From NCBI RefSeq assembly GCF_039654945.1, contig NW_027361709.1, positions 1,240,001-1,304,000 of the forward strand: 64,000 nt of DNA, written 5' to 3'. The notes below the pieces were generated by a model. The model had not been told where the DNA came from. It saw only the letters and a program-made list of their open reading frames with translations, and did not search any database. Made by a program: the position numbers and the translations under genes. The stretch comes from Dendrobates tinctorius. Taxonomy: Eukaryota. Every line of letters begins with the position of its first letter. Position 1 is the first letter of the stretch. Shown one piece after another: positions 61,150-64,000 of this stretch.

Positions 61150-62444
61150 CAAAAGAAAACATCACTCGAACTACAATTGTTGATAAATTTGAGTCTGAAT
61201 CGTTAAGTCGTTGCTTGGGCGGAGTAAAAAATTGGGAAGCCTGAGGCAACATGGGGGGCCCAAGGTTCAGCTTTTGCGGAGGCTCAATCCCCCCCCCCCC
61301 CGGTGTGCTGGCAAGAGGCTCTTGCATATGTGTCCATGAGTACTGTGAACACGGATTTCGCTCGAACATAGCAGATGTGTCAGTTTCCCCGCTCCCGCTT
61401 TATTTGATACCTCTAACATCACTCTTTCGGCATGCATCCTTTGGGTTTCATCCAGCGTACCAAGTCTGTCATCCACAAAGTGTGCAAAGCCGCTAGTGGC
61501 TGGTTTGCTCTGCTGTGTTAAAATTTTCTTTGCCAAATCGAGGAAATCAGGTGAAGGCGAGGAAAAGAAAGGCGACGTGATGATGAGAGTCGCCGAGGTT
61601 TAGTAGAAGGTGCAGCTTCTTCACTAGCCTCCTCAGTATTGATTGCCGTACTGGCGATGTCATCACTGCCACATGTTGGTGTTGACAAAGCTTGACAACG
61701 CTCCTGCGTGAACAGAAAATGCATGTTAAAGCAAAAAACAAAACTTATTGTGCATCATCCAGCAACACCCAAATACAGTAATGTGTTTGCGTTGGATATC
61801 ATGAGCAGCAGTCACAAGCCTGCACTGGAAACAAATGTGTGAACGGGACTAGTACTACAGGATACGAAATGGCATTCACCGGTATGAAAACTGAGTGGGC
61901 CGAAACACGTAAAGGAGTATACTTATCTGTACTGGAAGGGATAGCGTCTGTAATCTGTAAAATCATGTAAAACCGGAGTTACTATTTTCTATTCAACTAT
62001 GCCATGTACGCACCAAGTTTAAATGCTATTTAGAGGGAAGCAAGTAAGGTACTTACATCTCCGACAGGGGAGTCAGGCCGGATCTCTGGCTCTTCTTCCT
62101 CGTCGATGCCATTGGGCGTGGTACCTCTTGGTCACGTGTGAAGGCCATCTAGTCGTAGTACCATAACTTGGGCACATACACTTCTTCTGTACCGGCACCC
62201 GACTTTGTGGACTTCTCAACCTTAAGTTCTTTTTTTGTAGACTGCGTAGGCCCTGAATTTTTTTTCTTCACCGCAGTCTCATCCACCGTGTCTCTGGGAT
62301 TGTGCTGCTTGAAGAGGGCAACTAGTTTATCATAAGCCTCCTTTTTTTTTTATACTTATTGCTGTAGTCAGCAGATTTGATCTTCCAAAGGCAGCGATAC
62401 AATTCGATCAATTCCCGAATGAATTCCTGGCTATCGGAGGACAT
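61150..62444 (-). pseudogene. Harbinger Myb/SANT-like (MADF) DNA-binding protein, frameshifted, spliced
   Basis: Minus strand from ATG 62444: MSSDSQEFIRELIELYR-CLWKIKSADYSNK..EAYDKL..VKKKIQGLR..KSGAGTEEVYVPKLWYYD; donor at 62056, acceptor ~61704; second exon with FAHFVDDRL..QRMHAERVM; several frameshifts. Lower boundary approximate. Confidence 0.8.
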
Positions 62445-63264
62445 CTGAAAAAAAAGAAAAGCAAACAGTGAGAATAGAACAATACATGTAACATTTTAGA
62501 AAACTCAAAATCCACGTTTGAAATGCACTAGTGTTTGTTGGGCGGGGCAGGAAAACTAGAATGGCTGCCCATGCCAAAGCGTATGTACACAGATAGGAGC
62601 CAAGCAGCCCCCCATTTGCTTGCAAGTGTTAAATCATGACCACAATGTAGAATAGAGTCATGATTGCTGACCTATAAACGGAAACGCTGCAAAGATCCTA
62701 ATTTGAGACCCCAAACAATAATGCCTACCTTGCAGACGGAGCAACCAGAAGGTGTAGTAAGATCCACTAAGAATTGCGCACTAGCGACCCCGTGTCAGTG
62801 ACTGGGACGCTGAAGGAAAACCGTATAGTACGATCCACAGCGTTCAGGAACAAAGGATGGAAGCGTTACTGCGTCATGACGAGGTCGCCCATTCATAGAA
62901 TGATAGCGCAGTAGTGGCCACGGAGCTGAGGGGGCGTTGAAAAGACAAAAGAAAAATCACGCCTGCGTCCCTGAGTTTTGAGTTGCCAGCGAGGTCGCTC
63001 GTCGTTGTTATGGTGTTAAACACAGCAATGCATGCCGGCCAGCGGGACACCGACGATCAAAACATGGCCTGGGACATTCGAGCACGATCAGCGATATCGC
63101 AGCGGGGGGGGCGGTCGCCGCCATGTGTCACACGTAGCGAGATCGCTGGAGAGGTCGCTGTTCCGTCACAAAACCTGTGACGTTTCAGCGATCTCGCTAA
63201 CGATCTTGTTACGTGTGAAGTACCCTCAAGCCTGAATGTGTGAACAAAGCCACAGCTGTGATAG

Positions 63265-63393
63265 NNNNNNNNNNNNNNNNNNNNNNNNNNNNNNNNNNNN
63301 NNNNNNNNNNNNNNNNNNNNNNNNNNNNNNNNNNNNNNNNNNNNNNNNNNNNNNNNNNNNNNNNNNNNNNNNNNNNNNNNNNNNNNNNNNNNN
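63265..63393. other. Assembly gap (N run)
   Basis: 129 N. Confidence 1.
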
Positions 63394-63521
63394 CAGCACA
63401 AAATACCTTAGTGCAGTGCACGCTTCTCCAGACACCTCAGTGTCCTTAGATAATAGCAAAAAAAAGAAAAAAGCAGCACCAAAATAATAGTGGCGCAAAC
63501 TTTTTAGCAGCCCAGTGGCGT

Positions 63522-63557
63522 GGCGACGTTTCGGATATGGCAATCCTTTCTCAAGCC
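63522..63557 (-). ncRNA. Minimal type-I hammerhead ribozyme-like motif (Penelope-associated variant)
   Basis: Minus strand GGC-UUGAGAA-A-GGAU(UGCCAU)AUCC-GAAA-CG-UC-GCC: stem I GGC/GCC, U3-A8 core variant, stem II, GAAA, palindromic ACGU stem III. Confidence 0.55.
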
Positions 63558-63780
63558 AACTATTATTTTGGTGCTGCTTTTTTCTTTTTTTTTTTTTTGC
63601 TACACACACAGGTATATATACACACACTCCACCCCTGATATTATATATTCTCTTTATTTGCTTGTAATCTGACTTGATGATGATAATAATAGTGGTTGCT
63701 ACGGGAATCTGTTTACATACGGGCCATAGTGACGGCACTGTGCACAGCAGCCACGCAGGTGTTTGCTAAGCGCTAATCTG

Positions 63781-64000
63781 ATCATCAGTGTCTGCGGGGG
63801 TGCGGCTGTCGGACCCCCGACCCCATACAGTACACCGGTCATCAGTGTCTGCGGGGGTGCGGCTGTCGGACCCCTGACCTCATACAGTACACCGGTCGTC
63901 AGTGTCTGCGGGGGTGCGGCTGTCGGACCCCCGACCCCATACAGTACACCGGTCATCAGTGTCTGCGGGGGTGCGGCTGTCGGACCCCTGACCTCATACA
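63781..64000 (+). repeat. 57-bp tandem repeat running off the window
   Basis: ATCAGTGTCTGCGGGGGTGCGGCTGTCGGACCCC...; period 57 (63784 to 63841). Confidence 0.9.

Larger units (their letters stand above)
50018..63225. mobile_element. Large PIF/Harbinger DNA transposon with nested insertions
   Basis: Imperfect ends TAA|GAGTCCCGTTACACATAGCGAC and GTGTGAAGTACCC|TCA; ~400-bp inverted subterminal homology; convergent DDE transposase and MADF genes. Confidence 0.75.

Noticed and set aside
61880-61915. Second hammerhead (CCGAAACACGT)
   Set aside because: No convincing CUGANGA core or stems.

Overview
Eukaryotic vertebrate genomic DNA, most likely a frog (inferred from repeat landscape: TTAA/AGGRR T2-type MITEs, PIF/Harbinger MITEs, dispersed minisatellites, L2 LINE). 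Three spliced protein-coding genes lie in tandem on the + strand and were reconstructed exon by exon with consistent GT-AG phases: THUMPD3 (CDS 8216-15677, 9 coding exons, ~585 aa), VHL (23894-32240, 3 exons, 165 aa, pVHL19-like) and IRAK2 (35831-48305, 13 coding exons, ~657 aa pseudokinase). Upstream is a CpG-rich region with a unidirectional cluster of YY1-type motifs and a 4.2-kb 41-bp minisatellite. Introns and intergenic DNA hold an 86-bp satellite (4 arrays), a 2.3-kb solo LTR, a 3.8-kb GC-rich minisatellite, an L2 LINE, Tc1, hAT, Helitron and MITE elements. The last 14 kb is a nested stack: a ~13-kb PIF/Harbinger transposon (transposase + MADF gene, with mirror-image leader exons and possible extra spliced exons) containing a Penelope-like fragment and a near-intact chromodomain Gypsy (Tf1/sushi-type, self-priming PBS, locally chimeric LTRs); a Penelope-type minimal hammerhead motif follows an assembly gap. 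All family assignments rest on motif recognition by eye, without database searches.
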